DNA from: a virus
Lineage: Duplodnaviria; Caudoviricetes
IMG/VR virus record: IMGVR_UViG_3300034095_001732
Coordinates: 1-55,921 of that record
Strand: one strand, 5' to 3'
DNA: 55,921 nt
Made by a program: the position numbers and the translations under genes. The notes below the pieces were generated by a model, which worked only from the letters and a program-made list of their open reading frames with translations, had not been told where the DNA came from and made no database searches. The stretch's first letter is position 1. Each line of letters opens with the position of its first letter. Positions 8,991 to 18,300 of this stretch are shown here, piece by piece.

Positions 8991-9512
8991 ATGAACGTCA
9001 CCCTCAACAACGTCCGCCTCTCCTTTCCCGCCCTGTGGGAACCGCGCAAGGGGCCCGATGCCAACTCGAAGGCTAGCTACCAAGCTGCCTTCCTCCTCGA
9101 CAAGAAGGACAACGCCGCCGACATCGCCGCCGTCAAGGCCGCCATCGCCGCCATCACCAAGGAGACCTTCAAGGGCAAGCAGCCGCCGAAGATCTGCCTG
9201 CGTGACGGCTCCGAGAAGCCTGACCTTGAGGGCTACGGCGACGGCGTGATGTTCATCAACGCCCGCAGCGACAAGCGCCCGCACGTGATCGGCCGCAAGA
9301 TGGAGGCGATCGGTCCCGATGACGGCATCGTGTACGCTGGTTGCTACGTCAACGCGACGATCCGCCTGTGGGGTCAGGACAATAACTACGGCAAGCGCAT
9401 CAACGCGCAGCTGCGTGCGATCCAGTTCGTCAAGAAGGGCGATGCCTTTGGCGACGGCGACATCGACGTAATGAAGGAGTTCAAGCCGCTCGACGATGAG
9501 TCCCCCATCTGA
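8991..9512 (+). CDS. Single-stranded DNA-binding protein (DUF2815, T7 gp2.5-like)
   Basis: NVRLSFPALW, YAGCYVNA, IQFVKKGDAFG, acidic C-terminus. Confidence 0.88.
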   Translation: MNVTLNNVRLSFPALWEPRKGPDANSKASYQAAFLLDKKDNAADIAAVKAAIAAITKETFKGKQPPKICLRDGSEKPDLEGYGDGVMFINARSDKRPHVIGRKMEAIGPDDGIVYAGCYVNATIRLWGQDNNYGKRINAQLRAIQFVKKGDAFGDGDIDVMKEFKPLDDESPI

Positions 9513-9687
9513 GACGCCGCTCGACAAGTCGCGGCGCCTTGCCCGTGAACTGTCCGAAGACCCGGTCGCCGCGTCGATGATCCGGCAACACGTTGCCTCG
9601 ATCCGTCTGATCGACCTGCTCGAACTGACGGAAGAGGACTTCTACAAAGCCTTCCCCGATCTCGGTAACCCGAGTGATGGGGACTAG
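9496..9687 (+). CDS. Hypothetical protein (63 aa)
   Basis: ORF between SSB and the polymerase. Confidence 0.5.
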   Translation: MSPPSETPLDKSRRLARELSEDPVAASMIRQHVASIRLIDLLELTEEDFYKAFPDLGNPSDGD

Positions 9688-9747
9688 AGATAGGGTTGTT
9701 GTTCCATACCGAGACTGGGCAACCTGCGTAGTGGTGGCCCACCAATT

Positions 9748-11715
9748 TTGACCATCCTCGTAGACATTGAGACGCGCTCCCGTGCTGACCTGCCCGAGGT
9801 CGGTGCGTACCGCTACGCCTGCGACCCAAGCACCGAGGTGCTGATGATGGGTGTCGCCGAGGCTAAGCCCAACGCGCCGGTCTACCTGTGGGTGAATCCC
9901 AAGTACGAGGATGCCGGGGTGAAGACGGATCCCGAGGCGCTCAGGCTGCTGACCTTGGCGACCAAGGTCGTGGCGCACAACGCCCCGTTCGAGATCGCGG
10001 TGCTGCACGAGACCGGCTTCCAACCTTACTTCGGGCTCGACCAGTGGGAGTGCACGATGGCGATGGCCCGCATCGCCGGGCTGCCCGAGAGTCTGGAGAA
10101 GTGCGTGGTCGCGTTGCAATGCCCGGGGCTTTTCAAGGACGCCAAGGGCAAGGCGCTCATCCGGTTGTTCTCCATCCCGCGTGATGATGGGGACTTCAAC
10201 GCGCCAACGGATTATCCGGATAAGTGGAAGGAGTTCTGCGAGTACTGCCGACAGGACGTACGTGCGGAGCTGTTCCTCTGGTCAGCCCTGCACGACTTCC
10301 GGTTGAAGGGGGTCAACGCGGACACGTGGCAGTTCACCTTGCGGATGAATGACGTTGGCATTCCGGTGAACGTGCCCGCCCTGCGGAACGCGCAGCGTAT
10401 TCTGGACGAGGTCAACCAGTCGGCGGGCGAGGAGTTCCGTAAGTTGACCGGACTCAACATCACGCAGCGTGAGTCGGTACGGAAGTGGATCAACGACCAC
10501 GGCTTACCGCTGGAGGACATGCAGGCCGAGACTCTGCTCGCCTTGGACACCAGTAAGGCGTTCCACCCTAACGTTGCCCGGGCCGTGGAGTTGTACCGGC
10601 AGATGTCGTTTGCCGCCGCGAAGAAGGTGCAAGCGATGCTCAACTGGGTATGCCCCGATGGGCGGATGCACGGCGTGTTCAAGTTCTATGGCACGGGCAC
10701 CGGGCGGTGGTCGGCCGGCGGGCCGCAGATGCAGAACGCGAAGAAGCCCACGCGGGCGATGCGCCCGGTGGTGAAGGAGGCGTACAAGGCGATCTGTGAT
10801 GGCGCCTCCGCGGCGGAGATCGACGCTATCTACGGCAACCCGGTCGAGGTGATCTCCTCCTGCATCCGCCAGTTTGTCCACGTGCCCGGCGAGCAGATGT
10901 TCGACGCGGACTACAACGCCATCGAGGCGCGCATCGCGGTGTGGTTGTCGGGCGATGACGAACTGGTGGACGAGTACCGCAAGGGCGTGGACCGCTACCG
11001 TGCGATGGCCGCCCTGATCTTCAACAAGCCGACCGCCAGCGTCACATCCGACGAACGTGATTTGGGGAAGCAGGCTATCCTTGGCCTGTCGTATGGGATG
11101 GGCGCCGACAAGTTCCGCACCAGCTGCGAGGCCAAGGGGATGAAGGTCAGCGGCGAGCTGGCCGAGCGGGCGAAGGATGCGTTCCGTCGCCGCCACTACC
11201 GGATGGTCGGGATCTGGAGCGAGCTGGATCGGGGGGTGCGCCGCTGCCTCGCGAGTGGGGTGTCAGGGCCAACGGCAATCTTCAAGGGTATCTCCATGCG
11301 TTGGCATCACCCCGGCGATCTGCCTCCGTACATCGCGCTCCGACTCCCGAGCGGGCGTGACCTGTGGTATCGTGACCCGCGGTTGGGGGCTCCCTTGAAC
11401 GGCCAGCGAACGGAGATCACGTACGAAGGTCAGCTGCCGATGAGCACGCAATGGGGGCGGATCAAACTCTACGGGGCCAAGATGTTTGAGAACATCTGCC
11501 AAGCCATCGCCGCTGACCTGATGTCGCACGGCGCCCGCGAGGCCGAGTCCAAGTGGATGGTGCCCTTTGCATTGATCCACGATCAGGCGCTGGCTATGCA
11601 GATGCCCGGCCAGACTCCTGACCAGTTCGCCTCCGCCCTCACCCAGCTCCCGCCGTGGGCAGACGGACTTCCACTCAAGGCGGAAGCAAAGTCAGTTCAA
11701 TACTACAGCAAATGA
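9748..11715 (+). CDS. Family A DNA polymerase with 3'-5' exonuclease
   Basis: Exo DIET and AHNAPFE; motif A DYNAIEARI; motif B R..GKQAILGLSYG; motif C IHDQ; TTG start. Confidence 0.92.
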   Translation: MTILVDIETRSRADLPEVGAYRYACDPSTEVLMMGVAEAKPNAPVYLWVNPKYEDAGVKTDPEALRLLTLATKVVAHNAPFEIAVLHETGFQPYFGLDQWECTMAMARIAGLPESLEKCVVALQCPGLFKDAKGKALIRLFSIPRDDGDFNAPTDYPDKWKEFCEYCRQDVRAELFLWSALHDFRLKGVNADTWQFTLRMNDVGIPVNVPALRNAQRILDEVNQSAGEEFRKLTGLNITQRESVRKWINDHGLPLEDMQAETLLALDTSKAFHPNVARAVELYRQMSFAAAKKVQAMLNWVCPDGRMHGVFKFYGTGTGRWSAGGPQMQNAKKPTRAMRPVVKEAYKAICDGASAAEIDAIYGNPVEVISSCIRQFVHVPGEQMFDADYNAIEARIAVWLSGDDELVDEYRKGVDRYRAMAALIFNKPTASVTSDERDLGKQAILGLSYGMGADKFRTSCEAKGMKVSGELAERAKDAFRRRHYRMVGIWSELDRGVRRCLASGVSGPTAIFKGISMRWHHPGDLPPYIALRLPSGRDLWYRDPRLGAPLNGQRTEITYEGQLPMSTQWGRIKLYGAKMFENICQAIAADLMSHGAREAESKWMVPFALIHDQALAMQMPGQTPDQFASALTQLPPWADGLPLKAEAKSVQYYSK

Positions 11716-11999
11716 GCACCGACGCAAACGAACCAGCCTATCCCGACCGCAACAATCCCGGCCTCACCAAGCGTGAGTACTTCGCCGCCATGGCCCTGAA
11801 GGGTATCCTCTCCAACGCGGAGGAGATGCCGCGTGAGAAGGGCGCGATGGAAGACGAAGACGAGATGGAAGGTGAGGAGGGCGAGGAGAGCTACGGCGAG
11901 GGAGACAACTACCGCAGGGATGGCGAGAGCTGCACCGAATGCGCCTGCCGCATCGCCGTGGAACACGCCGACGAATTGATCCGCGCCCTGAACAAATGA
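11712..11999 (+). CDS. Hypothetical protein (GLTKREYFAAMA family)
   Basis: PAYP...GLTKREYFAAMALKG...ADELIRAL, a common small phage protein. Confidence 0.75.
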   Translation: MSTDANEPAYPDRNNPGLTKREYFAAMALKGILSNAEEMPREKGAMEDEDEMEGEEGEESYGEGDNYRRDGESCTECACRIAVEHADELIRALNK

Positions 12000-12268
12000 C
12001 CATCCCCCGCCGATTTCAGATCTTCGACCGAGAGGTCGTCATAACCGACAAAGATGTTGAGCGATTGAGGATCCACCTGTGCAACTGGCAGAAGCTGCAC
12101 GAGATCCTACTGCTCGGTGTCAATGCCGAGGATCTGCGTCGGCTCGTCATCTTGGAGCTGGCCGGGCACGACCGGGAGACGATCATCTCCCGGCTGCTCG
12201 GCCGGCTAGCCAAGGTCGAACGTCGTGAGATGAAGAAACGGATGGCTGAAGCTCGGGACCGCAAATGA
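11996..12268 (+). CDS. Hypothetical protein
   Basis: ATGA overlaps. Confidence 0.7.
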   Translation: MTIPRRFQIFDREVVITDKDVERLRIHLCNWQKLHEILLLGVNAEDLRRLVILELAGHDRETIISRLLGRLAKVERREMKKRMAEARDRK

Positions 12269-12558
12269 CCGAGGCCGAGATCGAGCGACGCGTGGTCAAC
12301 CACTGCCGTGAGCGTGGCCTGATCACCTACAAGTTCACCTCACCCGCGCAACGGGGTGTGCCCGACCGTATCATCATCGCCCCCAACCAAGTGCTGCTGC
12401 TCGAACTCAAGCAGGCGGGGAGAAAACCTACACCCCTGCAACTGCGGGAGATCGACCGGATCAACACGATGTCCGGCCCCAACCTGTTGGCTACTTGGGC
12501 CGCGGGATGGGACGACGCTCGGCAAGTCATTGATGACCTCATCGCCCCTCTCCCTTGA
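12265..12558 (+). CDS. VRR-NUC domain nuclease
   Basis: EAEIE...GVPDRI...LELK...PTPLQ. Confidence 0.88.
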   Translation: MTEAEIERRVVNHCRERGLITYKFTSPAQRGVPDRIIIAPNQVLLLELKQAGRKPTPLQLREIDRINTMSGPNLLATWAAGWDDARQVIDDLIAPLP

Positions 12559-13867
12559 GCCCTACCAGATGGTGATGAGGGAGTTCCTCACCACCAACCG
12601 GCTGGCCTACTGCACCGTTGGTCTGGGTCTGGGCAAGACCGCGACCACGCTGTCCGCCCTGAACGAACTGTTCAGGGATGGGGCGATCCGGGCTGCGCTG
12701 ATTGTGGCGCCGATGCGGGTGGCGCGGATCACGTGGCCGAACGAGGTACGCAAGTGGGGCCAGTTTAACTGGATGGAGATCGAGCACCTCAAGGGGCAGG
12801 AGCCGTCGGGCAATGCTCAGCTGTACCTGATAAACTACGAACGTCTTCACCAGTTGAAGTCATTGGACTTCGTGGATGCGGTGGTGTTCGACGAGATCAC
12901 GCGCGCCAAGAACTACGCCTCCAAACGGATCAATGCGTTCCGCCCCCTGCTGAAGAAGCGCCACTACCGATGGGGTCTGACCGGAACCCCCCGACCAAAC
13001 AGCATCCTCGAACTCTTCGGGCAAGTACGTTTGCTGGATGAGGGGGAACGGTTGGGCGCTAAGTTCGAGACATTCAAGCGCAAGTACTGCTACCCGACCG
13101 ACTACATGCAGTACAACTGGGTGCCCCGGCCCGGGGCGGAGGAGCAGATCTACTCCAAGATCCAAGACATCACGCTAACCCTGCGCTCCAGCGACTACCT
13201 CGACGTAGCGGATACCGAGGTCAACGACATCCCGGTGCCGCTCAACGACAAGACCGAGAAGATCTACAAGCGGTTGGAGAAGGACTTCCTCGCGCAGATC
13301 AACAGCCGGGACATCACGGCGGTGAACGCCGCAGTCCTTGTGAACAAGCTGTTGCAGGTTTGCAGCGGCGCCATCTACGCCGAGGACCGATCGGTGCAGG
13401 CGATCCACGAGGACCGGATCGTGGCGCTCAAGTCCCTCATCCGCAAGCTGGCCGGGCCCGTGATCGTTGGCTGCCAGTATGTCCACGAGGCCAAGCGCAT
13501 CTGCGATCTGGTGCAGGGGGCGGTGCATTCGTCCCACGTGAAGGGCAATCTGGAGGACGAGTGGAACAGCGGGCGCATCAAGGTGCTGGTCGCCGACCCT
13601 CGCAGCTTGGGCCACGGGCTCAACCTGCAACAGGGTGGGCGCGACATCATCTGGTACTCGCCCACGTGGAGCCGCGAACTCTACGACCAGTTCAACGCCC
13701 GGGTTGCTCGCAAGGGACAGGACAAGGTGCCTCGGGTGCACCGCCTGTTCGCCCCCGGCACCATCGACGAGGTGGTCATTGAGTCGCTGCGGGAGAAGGG
13801 CGACGCGCAGAACGCGATGATGCGGATCATGGCCAACTATCAACGTATCGTGGAGGACGCCGAATGA
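12533..13867 (+). CDS. SNF2-like (SF2) helicase
   Basis: GLGKT, FDEI, LTGTP, GHGLNLQ, QFNARVARKGQ. Confidence 0.9.
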   Translation: MTSSPLSLEPYQMVMREFLTTNRLAYCTVGLGLGKTATTLSALNELFRDGAIRAALIVAPMRVARITWPNEVRKWGQFNWMEIEHLKGQEPSGNAQLYLINYERLHQLKSLDFVDAVVFDEITRAKNYASKRINAFRPLLKKRHYRWGLTGTPRPNSILELFGQVRLLDEGERLGAKFETFKRKYCYPTDYMQYNWVPRPGAEEQIYSKIQDITLTLRSSDYLDVADTEVNDIPVPLNDKTEKIYKRLEKDFLAQINSRDITAVNAAVLVNKLLQVCSGAIYAEDRSVQAIHEDRIVALKSLIRKLAGPVIVGCQYVHEAKRICDLVQGAVHSSHVKGNLEDEWNSGRIKVLVADPRSLGHGLNLQQGGRDIIWYSPTWSRELYDQFNARVARKGQDKVPRVHRLFAPGTIDEVVIESLREKGDAQNAMMRIMANYQRIVEDAE

Positions 13868-14211
13868 TCCCGATTCCTGCCATCCTGCTCTCCGCTCTGA
13901 TAATGGTGGAGAGCAGCGGCAATGACTGGGCGGTTGGGCGGATGGGGGAGATCGGCCCACTTCAGATAATGCCTGCCACGCTGCGGGACATCAACCGGAT
14001 CTCTGGCCGGAGGTTTACCCGGTCCGATGCGTTCCACCGGGAGACCGCCAAAGAGATGGCGACCATCTACCTCACCCACTACGCAACTGAGAAACGTCTT
14101 GGCCGGAAGCCTACGCTCCGTGATTATGCCCTCATCTGGCACCATGGACCCAATGGTTGGAGGCGAACCGGACCGAACCGTTACTGGACGAAAGTCCAGC
14201 GACACTTATGA
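13864..14211 (+). CDS. Lytic transglycosylase / lysozyme-like muramidase
   Basis: ALIMVESSG (catalytic Glu), GPLQI, WHHGP; short hydrophobic N-terminus. Confidence 0.8.
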   Translation: MIPIPAILLSALIMVESSGNDWAVGRMGEIGPLQIMPATLRDINRISGRRFTRSDAFHRETAKEMATIYLTHYATEKRLGRKPTLRDYALIWHHGPNGWRRTGPNRYWTKVQRHL

Positions 14212-14462
14212 CCGACGATCCGGAGTTCCCCCCGTGCCCGAAGCGCCGCGATGACTGCCTGTTCGTCAACGGCGAAGCCAAGCGGACGTGCATGCACAGT
14301 CCGCTCATCTTTAACCGACGGGGCGAACCCGTCGGCGGAGGGGCCAACGTGTCAACGCGTGTGCTGCACTGCACGGTGTGCCACCGCAACTGGACCGCGA
14401 AGCAAACCGAACTCGAAGCCACGCTCGGGTTCCCGCTCAAGTGGGAGACTCTACGCCGATGA
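14208..14462 (+). CDS. Small Cys-containing (zinc-ribbon-like) protein
   Basis: C..C pairs (CTVC); ATGA overlaps. Confidence 0.6.
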   Translation: MTDDPEFPPCPKRRDDCLFVNGEAKRTCMHSPLIFNRRGEPVGGGANVSTRVLHCTVCHRNWTAKQTELEATLGFPLKWETLRR

Positions 14463-14638
14463 AAAAGAAATCCACAGTCAACGCGGCTGGTAACTACACC
14501 AAGCCATCGATGCGGAAACGCATCTTCGAGAAGGTCAAGGCGGGCGGCAAGGGCGGCAAGCCCGGCCAATGGTCCGCCCGCAAGGCACAGATGGTCGCCA
14601 AGGAATACAAGGCCAAGGGGGGAGGCTACACGTCATGA
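14459..14638 (+). CDS. Small basic protein (N-terminal half of a DUF5872-like protein)
   Basis: YTKPSMR...KGGKPGQWSARKAQ...YKAKGGGY. Confidence 0.75.
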   Translation: MKKKSTVNAAGNYTKPSMRKRIFEKVKAGGKGGKPGQWSARKAQMVAKEYKAKGGGYTS

Positions 14639-14868
14639 AGCGCCAACAGAAAAGCCTGAAGGATTGGACCGACCAGAAGTGGCGCACCGCCAGCGGCAAG
14701 CCCTCGCTCAAGACAGGCGAGCGTTACCTACCCGGCAAGGCGTGGGAGAACCTGACCGCCGCTGAGAAAGCTGCGACCAACGCGGCCAAGCGGAAGGGCA
14801 TGCGAGCCGGCAAGCAGTTCGTCGCCCAGCCCAAAGCCATTGCCAAGAAGACGGCGAAGTTCCGGTGA
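14635..14868 (+). CDS. Small basic protein (C-terminal half of a DUF5872-like protein)
   Basis: QKSLKDWT..KW...ERYLP.KAW..L...KQFV. Confidence 0.75.
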   Translation: MKRQQKSLKDWTDQKWRTASGKPSLKTGERYLPGKAWENLTAAEKAATNAAKRKGMRAGKQFVAQPKAIAKKTAKFR

Positions 14869-15347
14869 GGCTGCCCTACGCCTACGAGACCGAGCAGGGA
14901 CAGGAGGCGATCCGCCGTCGTAATGAGACGGCGGAGATCTACGCGTGCATCCGTGGGTGGGACGTCCACATAGACCCCAAACCGCTCAGCCCTCTGGCCG
15001 TGTCGTTCTACCGGGACGACCGGCTTCGGGAGTTGGCCATCGTGCGGAACCGTAGCGAGACATACGAGGGATACCGCTGGCCCAGCGCATTGGTGACCAC
15101 CAAGAAGCTGGAGTTCATGATCGACCGGGCCCTGCGATTCAATGTCTCTGCGGTGGTGATCATCGGACTGGCTGACAATACGTTGCTCACTTGGCCCGTG
15201 GTTGATGGGCGCGGCAACGTCGCGAGCTTTGTCCGCTACATCAGCGAGACGAAGGGCGACTGTATGGGGTCGCACATGGCCAACCGGGAGAACTCCCACC
15301 TCCCGATCGAGGAGGCACAGGTGTTGCCTCCGACACTGCTAGTCTAG
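14865..15347 (+). CDS. Hypothetical protein (possible degenerate PD-(D/E)xK fold)
   Basis: GTGA overlap; last + strand gene before the convergent junction. Confidence 0.6.
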   Translation: MRLPYAYETEQGQEAIRRRNETAEIYACIRGWDVHIDPKPLSPLAVSFYRDDRLRELAIVRNRSETYEGYRWPSALVTTKKLEFMIDRALRFNVSAVVIIGLADNTLLTWPVVDGRGNVASFVRYISETKGDCMGSHMANRENSHLPIEEAQVLPPTLLV

Positions 15348-15384
15348 GACTTCCGGCATTTGCCGGGTAATCCGCGTCACCACC

Positions 15385-18300
15385 TCATCGTCCCGCCGGG
15401 ACTGGGGCCGGCTGGGTTACCCTCTCGTATTTGCCGTTGGGCAACTGGCGCCAGAGCCTGCCTTGGTCGTCCCGGAACACGTCGTTCTGCGGGGCGGGTT
15501 GGGCGGGCGGCGCTGCAGGCTTCGGCCGCGCGGGCGGCGCGACAGGCGCGGGCGCTTGCTCGACCGACGACGTGGGCAGAGGCAGGTAGTTGGGGTTCTT
15601 CCCCGTCTCCAGCAAGACGCGGGCTTCGGCCCAAGTCTTGGCCTTCAGTTCCGGGTTGGTGTACAGCCACCGTCCGGTTTCCCCACTGAGCAACCCGAAC
15701 GAGCGGAGTTCCTCCTGTTTAAGACCCTGTGCCTTAGCGTCACCAGCATTGAGGATCAGCTGCGCGATAAAGCGTGCGCGCTTACCATCCTCCTCGTCGA
15801 TGTTCCGAATCATCCGGACCTCGGACGTAATGCCTGCCCGCTTTTCCCGTTCCAGAGCCTGAAACTGCTTCTTCAGCCGGGGATCCTCACTCTGGAGTCG
15901 CAGCCGCTCCGCGTCCTGCTCCGCCTCTGGCAGGCGCTTGAGCGCCTCGAACTGGTCCCGGGCGGAGACGTCCTTCTCCTTGGTTCCGGGGACGTAGATC
16001 TTGTTGATCGCCCCCAGCAGGAAGTCGGAGGGCACACCCGCCTTTTGCAGCATCCGGATAGTCGCTTCCCGGTCCTGACTTAGCAACTTGGCGTCGTCCA
16101 AGTACTGCACCAGATCCCGGTACACGATCTTCCGGGACTGCTCGGACATCTGGTACGCAGTCTCGATGGACTCCGGCGTGGCGTCCTTGCGGTTACGCGC
16201 CCGGCCGAACTCAGTGCGTGCCTCGTTGATGCGGCTGAACAGCTCGCCCGCCTGACGCTCGAACTGGAGCGGCAGGTTGATGCGCTGGAGCCGGACACCG
16301 AGGAGACGGGCACCCAGATCACTGGGCTTGTAGACCTGACCGTCCGGACCGACTTCATCCCGGGCGGACTTGTACCACTTCATGCCCTCAGTCATGAAGC
16401 CCGGCGCGGTGGACTTGAGCACGTGCATCGTGCCGACAACCAGATTCTGGCCACCTGTTGCCGCGTTGCGGATCGCGTCCGCTTGGATTTCGGAGACGTC
16501 CACGTACTTGCCGCCATCGCGAGGGTAGATGCGGCGACCGTATTCGTTGTAGCCGGTCACCGCTTCCATCACCGGCTTGAGGATCAGGCCGCCGTCCGAG
16601 ACCATCGACCCCGCGGTCTCCTTGATGAAGGCAGCCCCAGCCTGCGCGGGGGTAACGCCCTCCAACCCAGCCTTGATGGCGGCGGAGATCATCGACTGCG
16701 GCAGCAGGTAGCTCTGGTTGGCATACGCCACTTCATCCGGGGTCAACGTGGGGACCACCAGCATGCCGGTGCGGTCCCAGTCCGGCAGTCGCCGGCGCAG
16801 CGCCTTGTCTTGCTCACCGCTTACTCCGTTGAGTTGGTTGTACGCCTCGTTCAGCCAGTACGCCCCATACAGCGCGCCGATCAACCCAGTCAGACGGGCA
16901 ACCCCAGCTTTGATCATCCGAGGGTTCCCGGTCCGTCGCCCCTCATCGATGTCCGTGTTGACGGTCTTTACCGTCTCAATCGTGGTCTGGAAGATCGACC
17001 ATTTGTAGGCCACGAAAGGCTCAAGCGCCCCGACAGTGGAGAACTTCTTCACCACCTCCGGCACCATCTGCGAGTTGGGGTACACCCGCTTGGTCACGTC
17101 GATCGCCTTGCGGTACACCAGCGCCGCCTCCTCCGGGACCAGATCCTCGAACGGCTTCCCGAACAAGGCATGGGAGTAGCGCCCCACCTCGGCGTAGAAG
17201 CTGATCAGACGGGGGAACTCCTCGACTTTGCCATACGTCCACAGTGCCCCCTTGATGACCGCCTTCGGGATAGCCATCGTTTTGGGGAACCAAGTGACTA
17301 ACTTGTTTCCCACATCAGTGTACCCGGCAGCCTGCGCGGTCTCGACTAGATCGTTCAGGTTGACGTCCTGCTTCAGGATCCCCTCGCGGATGAGCATGGG
17401 GATGTCCGCCCGGATCTTTGCAGCGTTGGACGGGAACGGGGTGTTGAACGAAATGCTGAAGGCGTCCCGGTAGATCCCGGGATGGAAGATGCCTTGAATC
17501 AGATGCCCCTGTACCAACGGCTGTGACGCGGCGCTAAGGAAGTTGGGCGCCACCGAGATGGGGTGCAGGGCGGTCTTGCCGATCTTGACGGCTGCCGTGG
17601 AGAACGCCAACGCCCGAAGCGGGGCACTGGTGGTCTGATACGCCCGGAGCGTGAACATCGCGTCCCGCACTTCCGGCGTGGTGAAAAGCCCGTCAAGCGG
17701 GTTCCTCGACACGTCCCGGGGAAGAAGCGGGGCGGACGGGTCCGAGAAGATCGGAGGCCCCTTCTCCGAGGTCATGGGGATGGAGTGCTGCTTGCTGAAG
17801 CGACGGCTCAACAGGCCCAACTCCAACCCGACCTCGGCGATTTTGAACTGGGTCGCACGGGCGGCGATCATGTCCGCCATGCGATCAACGGTGATCGCAG
17901 CGGCGCGGATGGGATCCTTCTCAATACCCAGCATCTCGGCCCACGCCTCCGACAGTTCCTTGCGGGGCTTGAGGAGCGAACCGTCCACCCGGGCAATGCC
18001 GTTGCCCTGTGCGAACGAGCGAGCGGGCTCCATGCCGGTGCCCTTGACCTTGGCCATCTGGTAAGCCGCCTGTGCCTGACCCTCGTTGACCAGATCCGCA
18101 AACGGGCGGGTATCCCCTTCCAGCTTCAGTTGGGTGGCATACTCCGTCGCCGCCCGCACGACGTTGGCGGGGTCGTACTCGAAGTTGGGGTCGGTGAAGA
18201 TCTTGTACGTCCGGGTCAGGTACTTGCCCAGATTGTTGTAGATTGTGTCGTGCAGGTCGCTCCCGGGCGTGGCGATACCCAGAGCGACAAGGTTGCGGGA

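Noticed and set aside
9680-9745. tRNA gene
   Set aside because: It ends in ACCA but has no T-loop or D-loop consensus and is too short.
9748-11715. DpoZ / modified-base (Z-genome) system
   Set aside because: No purZ, datZ or other nucleotide-modification genes are recognisable.
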